Origin: Myxococcota bacterium
Lineage (GTDB): Bacteria > Myxococcota_A > UBA796 > SXON01
DNA length: 34,882 nucleotides
Direction of reading: 5' to 3'
NCBI GenBank assembly: GCA_040386535.1
Contig: JAZKFH010000044.1
Location: 3,345-38,226 of the forward strand
Shown here: positions 26,944 to 34,882 of the stretch, piece by piece
Layout of the letters: the number at the start of each line of letters is the position of its first letter
Position numbering within the stretch: the first letter of the stretch is position 1
Notes under the pieces: generated by a model
What the model saw: the letters and a program-made list of their open reading frames with translations, nothing else
What the model was told of the DNA's origin: nothing
Database searches by the model: none
Made by a program: the position numbers and the translations under genes

Positions 26944-27933
26944 TTATTCTCCGGCCGCCGCCGCCATCGTCGCGACGATGTGCTCCATCGGCAGGCTCGC
27001 GCAGTCCGCGCCGAGGTCGGTGAGGGGCTCGTAGACGCCGCCGGTGTTCTCCACGACGCCGAAGAAGCGGTCGACGCCCCACTCCTGGGCGCCGAGGAGG
27101 CAGGAGCCGTCGCTGCCGTCCCACCCGGGGCCGATGGCGGAGACGCGCACCGCGGCGGGGAACGCGGCGAACAGCGAGGTGTAGGCGCTCACGACGGTCT
27201 CCACGTCGCCGGGCACCGCGGCGTCGCCGCTCTCGGTGCGGAGCGAGCTGTCGCCCTCGTCGGTGACGAGGACGACGAACGTGGCGCGGTCGCCCAGGCC
27301 GGTGTTCGAGTGCGCGTCGCCCGAGCCGAAGACCTCGGCGGCGCCGTCCGGAAACACCGAGCACTCGGCGGGCGGGCTGTCCACGGCGCGGCACATCGCG
27401 AGGAACGCCGCTTCGAGGGGCTGCTCCTGGCCGGTGCCGCAGTTGCCCTGCCACGCGCCAGCGCCGCACTCGCAGTCGAGGTACTCCTCGGAGGGCTCGT
27501 CGGGCGCGGCGTCCCCGCAGGTATAGCCAGGGTCGGACGGCATGCTCTGGTCCCAACACGTCGCCTTGCACAACAGGTCGGAACGGAGGGCCTCGACCGT
27601 GTCGACCGTGGCGCCGCCGATCAGGGTGCCGGCCTCGCCGGGGTCGATCGCGCCGGTGGGGCCGTCATCGTAGTAGACCGACGACGTCGTGATGCCCGCG
27701 CGCCAGTCGGTCACGCCCGCGTCGGCGAGCGAGGCCTCGAGCAGCTCGAGGCTCCCGGCCAGCGCGGTGGCGTGCAGCTGCATGGAGTCACTGTTGTCGA
27801 CGACGAACAACAGATCGACGGGGTCGGCGGCGGCGGTGTCGCCCGGACCGTCCGGGTCGGGGCTGAGGGCGAACCCGCACGCGGGGAGGGTGACGAGCAG
27901 GGCGGCGAGTGCGAGCGGGCGGGAGGAGAGCAT
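26944..27933 (-). CDS. vWA-domain lipoprotein, CglB-like (likely paralog of 2717..3799)
   Basis: Lipobox LPAC; VDLLFVVDNSDSM; WRAGITTS; EQPLEAA; VVLVTDEGD; the ORF-track extension to 28821 is repeat-derived. Confidence 0.82.
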   Translation of the reverse strand: MLSSRPLALAALLVTLPACGFALSPDPDGPGDTAAADPVDLLFVVDNSDSMQLHATALAGSLELLEASLADAGVTDWRAGITTSSVYYDDGPTGAIDPGEAGTLIGGATVDTVEALRSDLLCKATCWDQSMPSDPGYTCGDAAPDEPSEEYLDCECGAGAWQGNCGTGQEQPLEAAFLAMCRAVDSPPAECSVFPDGAAEVFGSGDAHSNTGLGDRATFVVLVTDEGDSSLRTESGDAAVPGDVETVVSAYTSLFAAFPAAVRVSAIGPGWDGSDGSCLLGAQEWGVDRFFGVVENTGGVYEPLTDLGADCASLPMEHIVATMAAAAGE

Positions 27934-27996
27934 CGCCCATGAAAGCAGCGTTTCCGGCGTGGCGTCAAGCGCTATTTCGGGTGGAACTCGCGAGTT

Positions 27997-28137
27997 GGGC
28001 GCGTCCCGGCGCGGACGCCGGGTCGGCGCGCGGCGGGGTCGGCCTCCGGCCTCCGTCGGCGCTCGCCGCCGCTGCCGCGGCGGCCGCGGCCGGACCGGCG
28101 GCGCCCGCGCCGCCGCCCTCTGCGCGCCTCGCGCGGG
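27997..28137 (-). repeat. Multi-hairpin dispersed element, copy E
   Basis: CCCGCGCGAGG; P2 CGGCGGCGC-gg-GCGCCGCCG; P3 GTC-c-GGC...GCC-GAC; GGA; P4 GGCC-gga-GGCC; P6 CCCGGCG-tccg-CGCCGGG; ACGCGCCC. Confidence 0.78.
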
Positions 28138-28288
28138 GGGATGGTTGGGCGCGGGGGTGCCGCTGACGAGGGAGGAGGTCGAGGCGTGGGACTGGGAAAC
28201 TGCGCGGTCGGCTTCCGCGCTCCTGGCCGCCCTCGCGGCCACCGAGGGGTCCGACGCCGCGTGACCAACGGAAATGGAGCACACCCCG

Positions 28289-28598
28289 CCTCGATGTGGC
28301 CGACCCGCGGCGGTGGATCGCGGCAGTGGATCGGCCATCGGAGGGGGTACCTGCGCCAGGTCCCCCTCGATGTGGCCGATCGGGGGCGGTGGATCGGCCA
28401 TCGGAGGGGGTACCTGCGCCAGGTCCCCCTCGATGTGGCCGATCGGGGGCGGTGGATCGGCCATCGGAGGGGGTACCTGCGCCAGGTCCCCCTCGATGTG
28501 GCCGATCGGGGGCGTTGGATCGGCCATCGGAGGGGGTACCTGCGCCAGGTCCCCCTCGATGTGGCCGATCGGGGGCGTTGGATCGGCCATCGGAGGGT
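28289..28598. repeat. Tandem array of 63-bp palindromic units (four full units plus partial flanks)
   Basis: TGGATCGGCCATCGGAGGG recurs at 28327, 28390, 28453, 28516 and 28579; internal inverted repeat GATCGGCCA..GAGGGGG.ACCTG-cgc-CAGGT.CCCCCTC..TGGCCGATC. Confidence 0.92.
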
Positions 28599-28635
28599 TG
28601 CAGGGCTGACCCCTCCGCTCGTGACCCCGTCCGCT

Positions 28636-28778
28636 CGGGGCGCGAGGTGCCCGCCGGGCGGCCGCGCGGGCGCGGCCGGTTCGGCGGCGAGCGGCGCGGA
28701 GCGACGCGGCCGCCAACGGAGCGGCTTTGCCGCGACCCCGGGCGGGGACCGACCCCGGCGTCTCGCCGGGGGGCGCCC
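28636..28778 (+). repeat. Multi-hairpin dispersed element, copy C1
   Basis: GCGCGAGG; P1 GCCC-gcc-GGGC; P2 CGGCCGCG-cggg-CGCGGCCG; P3 GTT-c-GGCGGC...GCCGCC-AAC; GGA; P4 GCGGC-ttt-GCCGC; P5 CCCCG-gg-CGGGG; P6 CCCCGGCG-tct-CGCCGGGG. Confidence 0.85.
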
Positions 28779-28856
28779 GTTGGCGTCCGTCTCCCCGTGA
28801 GGGCGTCCGTCTGTCGCGCATCGAAGGGCTATGCAGCGCCCGCCGGGAGAGAAGTC

Positions 28857-29798
28857 ATGACGCGTCGCCGCCTGGTCGTAGCCGTGGTCGCGGTGGCGGC
28901 GCTCCTGCTCGCGTGTGGCGGCGGCGAAGGCGGCGGCACCGCGGACGGTGTGCACGCGCGCGCAAACGGGATCGTCGGCACGCGGACGCGCGCGCTCGCC
29001 AACGGCAGCCTCGTCGCCGCGGGGCAGGACATCGACGACGCCCTGCTCCTCGCGATCCTGGAGGACCCCCGGGTGCCCGAGCTGCGGGACGTCGAGCTGT
29101 TCGACAACGCGCTGTCCGCCGAGGGCGTGCGTACCCTGCTCACGCACGCGAAGACGGCGCGGCCCCGCACCCTCCACCTCGGCTCCAATCCCATCGGGGA
29201 CGAAGGACTGCTCGCGCTCGCGGCGTCGGACCGCCTCCTCACCGTCGAGAACCTCTACGTCGGCAAGGTCGGCGCCACCGCGTCGGGCATGGCGGCCCTC
29301 GCGCGCTCGCCCCACACCGCGTCGCTGAAGCTCGTCCAGGTTGGCTTTCAGCCCCTCGGAGACGACGGCGCTACCGCGCTTGTCGAGCTGCGCACCGGCG
29401 CGATGCTGCTCGACGAGGCCGGGATTGGCGGCGTCGGGGCGCGCGCCCTGCTCGCGGGCACCGTGGCCCCGGCGCTCTCCCTGGACGGCAACTCCGTCGG
29501 CGCGGGCGGTCTCGTCGGGCTCCGGGCGCTCGCGCCGACGCTGGTGTCCGTGTCGCTGGAGCGGGCCGGCCTCGGCGCCGCCGACGCCGCGGCCCTCGCG
29601 GGGGTGCCGGCGCCCGCCCTGCGCCACCTCTCGTTGAGCTACGCCCACTTCGGCGACGACGGCGTACGCGCGCTCCTGGCAGCGCCGTGGTTCGCGCAGC
29701 TCGCGTCGCTCGACGTGACGGGCACCGGCGCGTCCGCGGAGACGTATGCGGCGCTGCGGGCGGCGTGGGGGGAGCGGCCGGGGTTGTCGGCGGGGTAG
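28857..29798 (+). CDS. Leucine-rich repeat (RI-like/GALA-type) lipoprotein
   Basis: GGGAG RBS; lipobox LLLAC; LFDNALSAEGVRTL, LGSNPIGDEGLLALA, LSYAHFGDDGVRAL repeats. Confidence 0.85.
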   Translation: MTRRRLVVAVVAVAALLLACGGGEGGGTADGVHARANGIVGTRTRALANGSLVAAGQDIDDALLLAILEDPRVPELRDVELFDNALSAEGVRTLLTHAKTARPRTLHLGSNPIGDEGLLALAASDRLLTVENLYVGKVGATASGMAALARSPHTASLKLVQVGFQPLGDDGATALVELRTGAMLLDEAGIGGVGARALLAGTVAPALSLDGNSVGAGGLVGLRALAPTLVSVSLERAGLGAADAAALAGVPAPALRHLSLSYAHFGDDGVRALLAAPWFAQLASLDVTGTGASAETYAALRAAWGERPGLSAG

Positions 29799-30193
29799 GG
29801 CCGCGGCGGCGCTCGGGGGGCGACGGCGGTTCGACCCCCTCTGGGGAACGGCGGCGCTGCGGGGCGCGGAGGTGGCGCGGCGGGGCGCGTGGCCGACCAT
29901 CGGTCGTGAGGGGAGCGCTGATCCCACAGGGTCAAGCCCGCCTCGATAGGAATGAGACGGACCCAAGCGCCACCGAATGGGACTCGGCGCAGGCGGGCCG
30001 GGACCCCGGGCGGCGGTGTAACGGGACAACGCCGGTTTTCGGGGTGGCGCGGTGCGCCCCTTCCGGGAAGTTGCCTTGGAGCAGGCCTCGCATTCCCACT
30101 CGGTGCCGCTTGCGTCCGAACTATTCCTGTTCGTTGGGGCTTGGCCCGATATTCCGGCCCGGGAGCCGGAGGATCGCCCCACCAATCCCGCTC

Positions 30194-30339
30194 CGGGGCG
30201 CGAGGTGCCCGCCGGGCGGCCGCGCGGGCGCGGCCGGTTCGGCGGCGAGCGGCGCGGAGCGACGCGGCCGCCAACGGAGCGGCTTTGCCGCGACCCCGGG
30301 CGGGGACCGACCCTCGGCGCCTCGCCGAGGGTCGCGCCC
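30194..30339 (+). repeat. Multi-hairpin dispersed element, copy C2 (first 120 bp identical to C1)
   Basis: 30194-30313 equals 28636-28755; P6 differs but stays paired: CCCTCGGCG-cct-CGCCGAGGG. Confidence 0.88.
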
Positions 30340-30365
30340 GGAAGGGCCTGCACGAATCGTGGCCC

Positions 30366-31697
30366 CTACTCCTCCTCCGGCGCCCCCTCGAGCAGCCGGA
30401 ACTCGACGCGGCGGTTCTCGGCGCGGCCGGCGTCCGAGTTGTTGTCGGCGAGCGGTACGGTCTCGCCGTAGCCGACGGCGCGGAGGCGCGACGGGTCGAT
30501 GCCGTTGGTGATGAACCACGCGATGACCGCGTCGGCGCGGGCCTGGGAGAGCTCGAGGTTGAACTGGTCGTTGCCGACGTTGTCGGTGTGGCCCTGCACC
30601 TCGAGCCGCACGTCCGGGTAGTCGTCGAGCACGTCGAGCGCGTCGAGCAGCGTGCCCTGGGAGGTCGTGCGGATGGCGGCCTTGTTGGTCTCGAACGTGA
30701 TGCCGCGGATGACGCCGGTGAAGCGCGTGACCTCGACCGGGATCTCGTCGGGGCAGCCGTCCTTGTCCTCGAAGTTGTTCTTGTTCTCGGGCTCGTCCGG
30801 GCACTTGTCGCGCTTGTCGACGATGCCGTCGCCGTCGTTGTCGCGCTCGGGACAGCCGTCGCCGTCCTCGAAGCCGTCCTCGTCCTCGGGCACGTCGGGG
30901 CACTTGTCCTTCTTGTCGCGGATGCCGTCGCCGTCGTTGTCGGGCTCGGGGCACCCGTCGCCGTCCTCGAAGCCGTCGCGATCCTCGGGGTCGACCGGGC
31001 ACTCGTCGCGCACGTCGCGCACGCCGTCCTTGTCGTTGTCGTCCTCGGGGCAGCCGTCCTCGTCCTCGAAGTCGTCGAAGTCCTCGGGGTCCTCGGGGCA
31101 GTCGTCGAACTTGTTCTTGATGCCGTCCTTGTCCTTGTCGGGCGGCTCCTCGTGGCGAAAATCGACGCCGAGCGTCCACTCGAGGTTCTGGTAGGTGTCG
31201 GCGCGGGCGGCGGTGGAGTCCGACCCGAACGTGCCGAACCAACGCAGATCGGTGCGGATGTGGAGCGGGCCCGCGAGGTGCAACAGGAGGCCCGGGCCGG
31301 CGTTCATCACGAAGTCGGTCGAGGGGTTGACGTAGAGCGCGCGATCGTTGAAGTCGGGGTTCTCGGCCTCGGAGTCACGGTTGACGTTGACGTACTGCAC
31401 GCCGGCGCCGATGGCGATGAACAGGTCGGCGCGCTTGTTGGGCGTGAAGTGGTAGAGCGTGTCGAAGCGCGGGTCGATCATCCAGTAGACGATGTGCAGA
31501 TCGCGCGTGTCGCCCTCCATGCGGCCCACCGAGACCTCCATGTCGAACACCGGCAGGATGGAGACGCCGAGGCGGGCGACCACGCCGGGGGCGCGGGCGA
31601 GCGGGTTCGCCTCCTCCGTGAACAGGATGCCGCCCGCGAGGCCGCCGGTGGGGCCGGCTTGCGCGAGGGCGGTCGAGACGAGGAGGGGCAGGAGCAC
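30366..31697 (-). CDS. OmpA-family outer membrane protein with thrombospondin type-3 repeats
   Basis: Signal-like VLLPLLVSTALAQ (GTG 31697, start uncertain); N-terminal barrel-like region; DxDxDG..D.CP..PED.D.FED.DGCP repeats; ITFETNKA, VQGHTDNVG, LSQARA, NRRVEF. Confidence 0.92.
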   Translation of the reverse strand: MLLPLLVSTALAQAGPTGGLAGGILFTEEANPLARAPGVVARLGVSILPVFDMEVSVGRMEGDTRDLHIVYWMIDPRFDTLYHFTPNKRADLFIAIGAGVQYVNVNRDSEAENPDFNDRALYVNPSTDFVMNAGPGLLLHLAGPLHIRTDLRWFGTFGSDSTAARADTYQNLEWTLGVDFRHEEPPDKDKDGIKNKFDDCPEDPEDFDDFEDEDGCPEDDNDKDGVRDVRDECPVDPEDRDGFEDGDGCPEPDNDGDGIRDKKDKCPDVPEDEDGFEDGDGCPERDNDGDGIVDKRDKCPDEPENKNNFEDKDGCPDEIPVEVTRFTGVIRGITFETNKAAIRTTSQGTLLDALDVLDDYPDVRLEVQGHTDNVGNDQFNLELSQARADAVIAWFITNGIDPSRLRAVGYGETVPLADNNSDAGRAENRRVEFRLLEGAPEEE

Positions 31698-31878
31698 AGG
31701 CGTCCGGAAGTAGGCGCCGATCCTACTTCGTCGGCACGGGATCGTGCCACCTGCCGCGCTCCGGTCGAGGCGGCGCCGGCGCCCCCGCGGGCGCCCGAGG
31801 GGACAATCCGGCCGCCATGTCGCCCCGGCCGTCGCGCGCCGTGTAAGAATCCCGCCCGTCCGACCGTTGTCGCGTCGG

Positions 31879-32475
31879 GTGCATGCAGGAGGCGCCCTGA
31901 CTGACGAAGCAGAGCTCGCCCCCCTCACCGACGAACGACACGTGGTCGACCTGCTCAAGCGGGGCGATCGCGCGGCCGCTGGCACGCTCTACGCGTGGTA
32001 CGGCGACTGTCTCTTCCGAGAGGTCATCCTCCCCCGCCTGCCCGTTCGCGAGCTGGCCGAGGACGTGCTCCGCGACACCTTCCGCCTGCTGCTGGAACGC
32101 ATCGGGCAGTACCAACCGGAGGACGACAAGAGCATCTACTTCTGGATCCGTCGCATCGCGATCAACCGCGCGACCGACGTCTACCGGGCCTGGCAGCGCA
32201 CCCGTCGCCTGGAGGAAGCCGTCGAGGCCGAGACCAAGGTGCACGCCGCGTCCCAGGCTCCGGACGACGGGCTCGAGCGGGACCAACGCCGCGCCGCGAT
32301 CGAGGAGGCCCTGACCCAGATCAACCCCCGTTACGCCGAAGCCCTGAAGCTCCGCCTGCTCGATGACCTCGAGCGCGAGGAGTGCGCCGCCCGCCTGGGT
32401 GTCACAGTAGGGAACTTCGACGTGATCCTGCACCGAGCCTGTGCGGCCTTCCGCAAGGTGTACACCGAGGAATGA
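31879..32475 (+). CDS. ECF-type RNA polymerase sigma factor
   Basis: Region 2 AEDVLRDTF...WIRRIAINRATD; region 4 ECAARLGVTVGNFDVILHRA; start uncertain (GTG 31879, or CTG 31897 after AGGAGG). Confidence 0.9.
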   Translation: MHAGGALTDEAELAPLTDERHVVDLLKRGDRAAAGTLYAWYGDCLFREVILPRLPVRELAEDVLRDTFRLLLERIGQYQPEDDKSIYFWIRRIAINRATDVYRAWQRTRRLEEAVEAETKVHAASQAPDDGLERDQRRAAIEEALTQINPRYAEALKLRLLDDLEREECAARLGVTVGNFDVILHRACAAFRKVYTEE

Positions 32476-34199
32476 GGCCCGTGGACGACGAGATCAAAGC
32501 ACAGCGCCTGGCTGCGTGGCTATCGAGCCCGGCCGGCACCGCTCCGCCGGAGGACCTCGACCCCGAGGTGCTCGGCGCGGTGTGGGCGCTGGCGCCGGAT
32601 CGTGCGCCGGCGCCGCGGGTCTCGATCGACGACATCTTCAGCCTCGTGACGGAGGGGCCGTTCGCGCGGGGTGCGGGGGCCGTCGAGGGTGGGACAACCG
32701 CCGAGGTCGTCCGGTTCCCCGGGAATGTCGGGGACGAGGCCTCCGGCGAGTGGGACGCCGAGGATCTGACCTACGTGGCGCCCACGGGGCGGGCGCGGCT
32801 GGTGGCGCATCCGGGTGGCAAGGTCGAGGCGCCGGTGGTCGCCAAGGTGGTCGCTCCCGTGGTCGCTGGGGTGACGCCGCCTCCTGCGGCCCCGATCCCG
32901 CCTGAATCGTCCAAGGTGGTGCCGCTGGCGCGAAAGGCCCCCTCGCGCGCCTGGATGGTGCCGACGCTCGGGCTGGCGCTCGCGGCCGCCGCGGCCACGT
33001 TGATCGTGGTGCCGACGATGGGGAAGCTCTCGCCGGCGGGCCTGGTCGAGCAGCAGGAGGCTCGCGACGCGATGCTCGCCGCGCCGCCGCCGCCGCCGTC
33101 CGCGATCGCGGAGGTGCCGGCCGAGCTTCGGGCCGAAGCTCCGACCGAGGGGAGCCCCGCATCGACCCCCGCGCCGGACGTGGCCGTGGCGCAGGCGCCG
33201 AAAGTGGAGGCCGAGCTCCGCGAGCAGCCCGTGGCGCGGCAGGCCCCGGCCGACCGGGGCGACGCGTCGGGGCGGGGCTACGCGCAGCCGACGGTGGGCG
33301 GGGTGCCCGAGTTGAAGGAGAACGAGGGGCCGTCGATCGCGTCGTTGCCGGACACGACCGACGAGTCGGTGGCACGCCGTCGCGACGCTGACATCTCCGC
33401 GAGCGTGGAGGAGGCGGCCTCGTCGTCGGGCGGGTACGCGACCGGGGGCTACGGGGCGGGCGCGCCGTCGACCTCGACGGCTTCGACGTCCTCGACCCCG
33501 ACGCGGTCCCAGGCCCCGGCGTCCGAGAAGGCCGGCAAGACCTACATCCCCGAGGCCGCCGGCCCCTCGGCCCCGCGCGAGGCCGCGGACGACTCCTTGG
33601 CGGACGGCGTCGTCTACGATCGGGACGAGGCGGAGCAGTCCGTGGCGGCCACCAGCGCCGCGGGCGCGAAGAAGGACCGCAAGTCGGGGGCGGCCAAGCC
33701 CTCGTCCAGGTCCGCGGCCTCCGACGACGCGCCCGCAGCATCCGCGCCGGCCCCGTCCGCACCGGCCCCGTCCGCGCCGGGCGCCGCGGCGAGCAACACC
33801 GTGACGGCCTCCGCGCGCGGCTCGGCGTGGCCGAACGACTACGACGCGGGCTGGTACCGCGCCCTCGCGGACGTGGCCCCCATCTTCGACGCCGCCCGTG
33901 CCGACGAGGCCGCCGGCCGCTTCGACACCGCCCTCGCCGGCTACCGCACCCTCACTGCCGACGCTCGCCCCGCCGTTGCGCAGGACGCCGCCCTGCGCGC
34001 CGCCAAGGCCCTCAAGGCGCTCGGTCGCAACGCCGAAGCGCTCGCCACGGTCGACACCGGCCTGAACCGCAGCGGCGCCAACACTCCGTTCCGCGCCTCC
34101 CTGTACGCGCTGCGCGGCGATCTGCTCTCACTCCTCGGGCGCGCCAGCGACGCCGAAGCCGCCTGGGCGAGCGCCGCGACGTTGAACGAGGCGCGGTAG
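32472..34199 (+). CDS. Putative anti-sigma factor: cytoplasmic N-terminus, one TM helix, low-complexity linker, C-terminal TPR
   Basis: ATGA overlap with sigma gene; TM MVPTLGLALAAAAATLIVV; Ala/Ser/Pro-rich linker; TPR-like GRFDTALAGY, LGRNAEALA, LGRASDAEAAW. Confidence 0.72.
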   Translation: MRPVDDEIKAQRLAAWLSSPAGTAPPEDLDPEVLGAVWALAPDRAPAPRVSIDDIFSLVTEGPFARGAGAVEGGTTAEVVRFPGNVGDEASGEWDAEDLTYVAPTGRARLVAHPGGKVEAPVVAKVVAPVVAGVTPPPAAPIPPESSKVVPLARKAPSRAWMVPTLGLALAAAAATLIVVPTMGKLSPAGLVEQQEARDAMLAAPPPPPSAIAEVPAELRAEAPTEGSPASTPAPDVAVAQAPKVEAELREQPVARQAPADRGDASGRGYAQPTVGGVPELKENEGPSIASLPDTTDESVARRRDADISASVEEAASSSGGYATGGYGAGAPSTSTASTSSTPTRSQAPASEKAGKTYIPEAAGPSAPREAADDSLADGVVYDRDEAEQSVAATSAAGAKKDRKSGAAKPSSRSAASDDAPAASAPAPSAPAPSAPGAAASNTVTASARGSAWPNDYDAGWYRALADVAPIFDAARADEAAGRFDTALAGYRTLTADARPAVAQDAALRAAKALKALGRNAEALATVDTGLNRSGANTPFRASLYALRGDLLSLLGRASDAEAAWASAATLNEAR

Positions 34200-34381
34200 G
34201 TCCCGAGCGGCTTCGGGAGACACCTGGGGCGACCGACGTGGGCGGCGGTTCCCGGCGCCCCGAGCGGCGCCGCCACCGCCCCGGGGCGGTGTCTCGGGGA
34301 TGCGCGGTGGCGACGCGCCGGACACAAAGCGAACAACGCGAGAGCGCCGGCGCTGAGCGGAGGCTTGCCACGGGGTGCGAG

Positions 34382-34440
34382 CCGGGTTCGGCGCGCTGGA
34401 CGCGAGGGATGCGGTTTCAGCGTCGGCTCCAGCGGTGGCG
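34382..34440 (+). repeat. Imperfect duplicate of the right end and flank of 51-bp array 3
   Basis: CCGGGTTCGGCGCGCTGGACGCGAGGGAYGCG..TTCAGCGTCGGCTC..GCGGTGGCG at 34382 and again at 34799. Confidence 0.75.
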
Positions 34441-34560
34441 GGGCGTGACGAGGTCGAAGGCGAGGGTGTCGGCGTGGAGCGGGGGGTGGCGGGCGGGGGT
34501 GTTGGGGGATGGGCTGGTGTGATGCCCTGAACACAAAGCAAGGTCGTCGCTACGCGTGGG

Positions 34561-34815
34561 GGCGCGCCGAACTCGCCGGATGAGCGGTCATCCCCCGGGT
34601 TCGGCGCGCTGGGCGCGCCGAACTGGCCCGATGAGCGGTCATCCCCCGGGTTCGGCGCGCTGGGCGCGCCGAACTGGCCCGATGAGCGGTCATCCCCCGG
34701 GTTCGGCGCGCTGGGCGCGCCGAACTGCCCCGATGCGGGGCTATCCCCCGAGTTCGGCGCGCGGGACGCGCCGAACTCACCCGATGAGCGGCCATCCCCC
34801 GGGTTCGGCGCGCTG
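34561..34815. repeat. Tandem array of five 51-bp palindromic units (array 3)
   Basis: Units start at 34561, 34612, 34663, 34714 and 34765: GRCGCGCCGAA-N7-GATG-N6-YATC-CCCCGRG-TTCGGCGCGC. Confidence 0.92.
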
Positions 34816-34882
34816 GACGCGAGGGACGCGAGTTCAGCGTCGGCTCGGGCGGTGGCGAGCGCCCCCGCGACCGGTCAGCCGA

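Noticed and set aside
27934..28821. N-terminal extension of the vWA ORF with MADPxPPIGHIEGDLAQVPPP repeats
   Set aside because: Arises from the 63-bp palindromic DNA array; the lipoprotein signal starts at 27933.
29900..30190. AT-richer intergenic stretch as a gene or ncRNA
   Set aside because: No credible ORF, repeat or recognisable RNA motif found.
34201..34300. Hairpins after the anti-sigma gene as an intrinsic terminator
   Set aside because: Stems are present but there is no U-tract, so a terminator call cannot be supported.
5328..34815. 51-bp and 63-bp arrays as CRISPR arrays
   Set aside because: Units are contiguous with no unique spacers of 25-45 bp, and no cas genes are present in the window.

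Overview
Very GC-rich bacterial DNA. Gene content (CglB-like vWA lipoproteins, Cys-rich lipoproteins, Ser/Thr kinase-NTPase-TPR fusion, TSP3-OmpA, SurA-like/DsbA fusion) suggests Myxococcota or a related deltaproteobacterial lineage (inference). There are about 25 credible CDSs, mostly secreted proteins or lipoproteins, plus a stand-alone pheS, mtfA, pip, an FAD oxidoreductase and an ECF sigma/anti-sigma pair. A more AT-rich accessory patch at about 12.2-16.4 kb holds a RyR-domain gene, a truncated membrane-protein remnant, DUF6000, a hypothetical and Fic. The most unusual signal is non-coding. (1) A dispersed family of at least 7 intergenic elements of 120-145 bp keeps the same multi-hairpin architecture, including a bulged C and compensatory base pairs, while primary sequence diverges. 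(2) Three arrays of 51-bp palindromic units share a CCRAR-N7-GATG-N6-CATC-N7-YTCRG scaffold with different arms. (3) There is also a 63-bp palindromic array and two '2 direct + 2 inverted' motif blocks. I found no CRISPR array, rRNA, tRNA, integrase or transposase. All alignments were done by eye.
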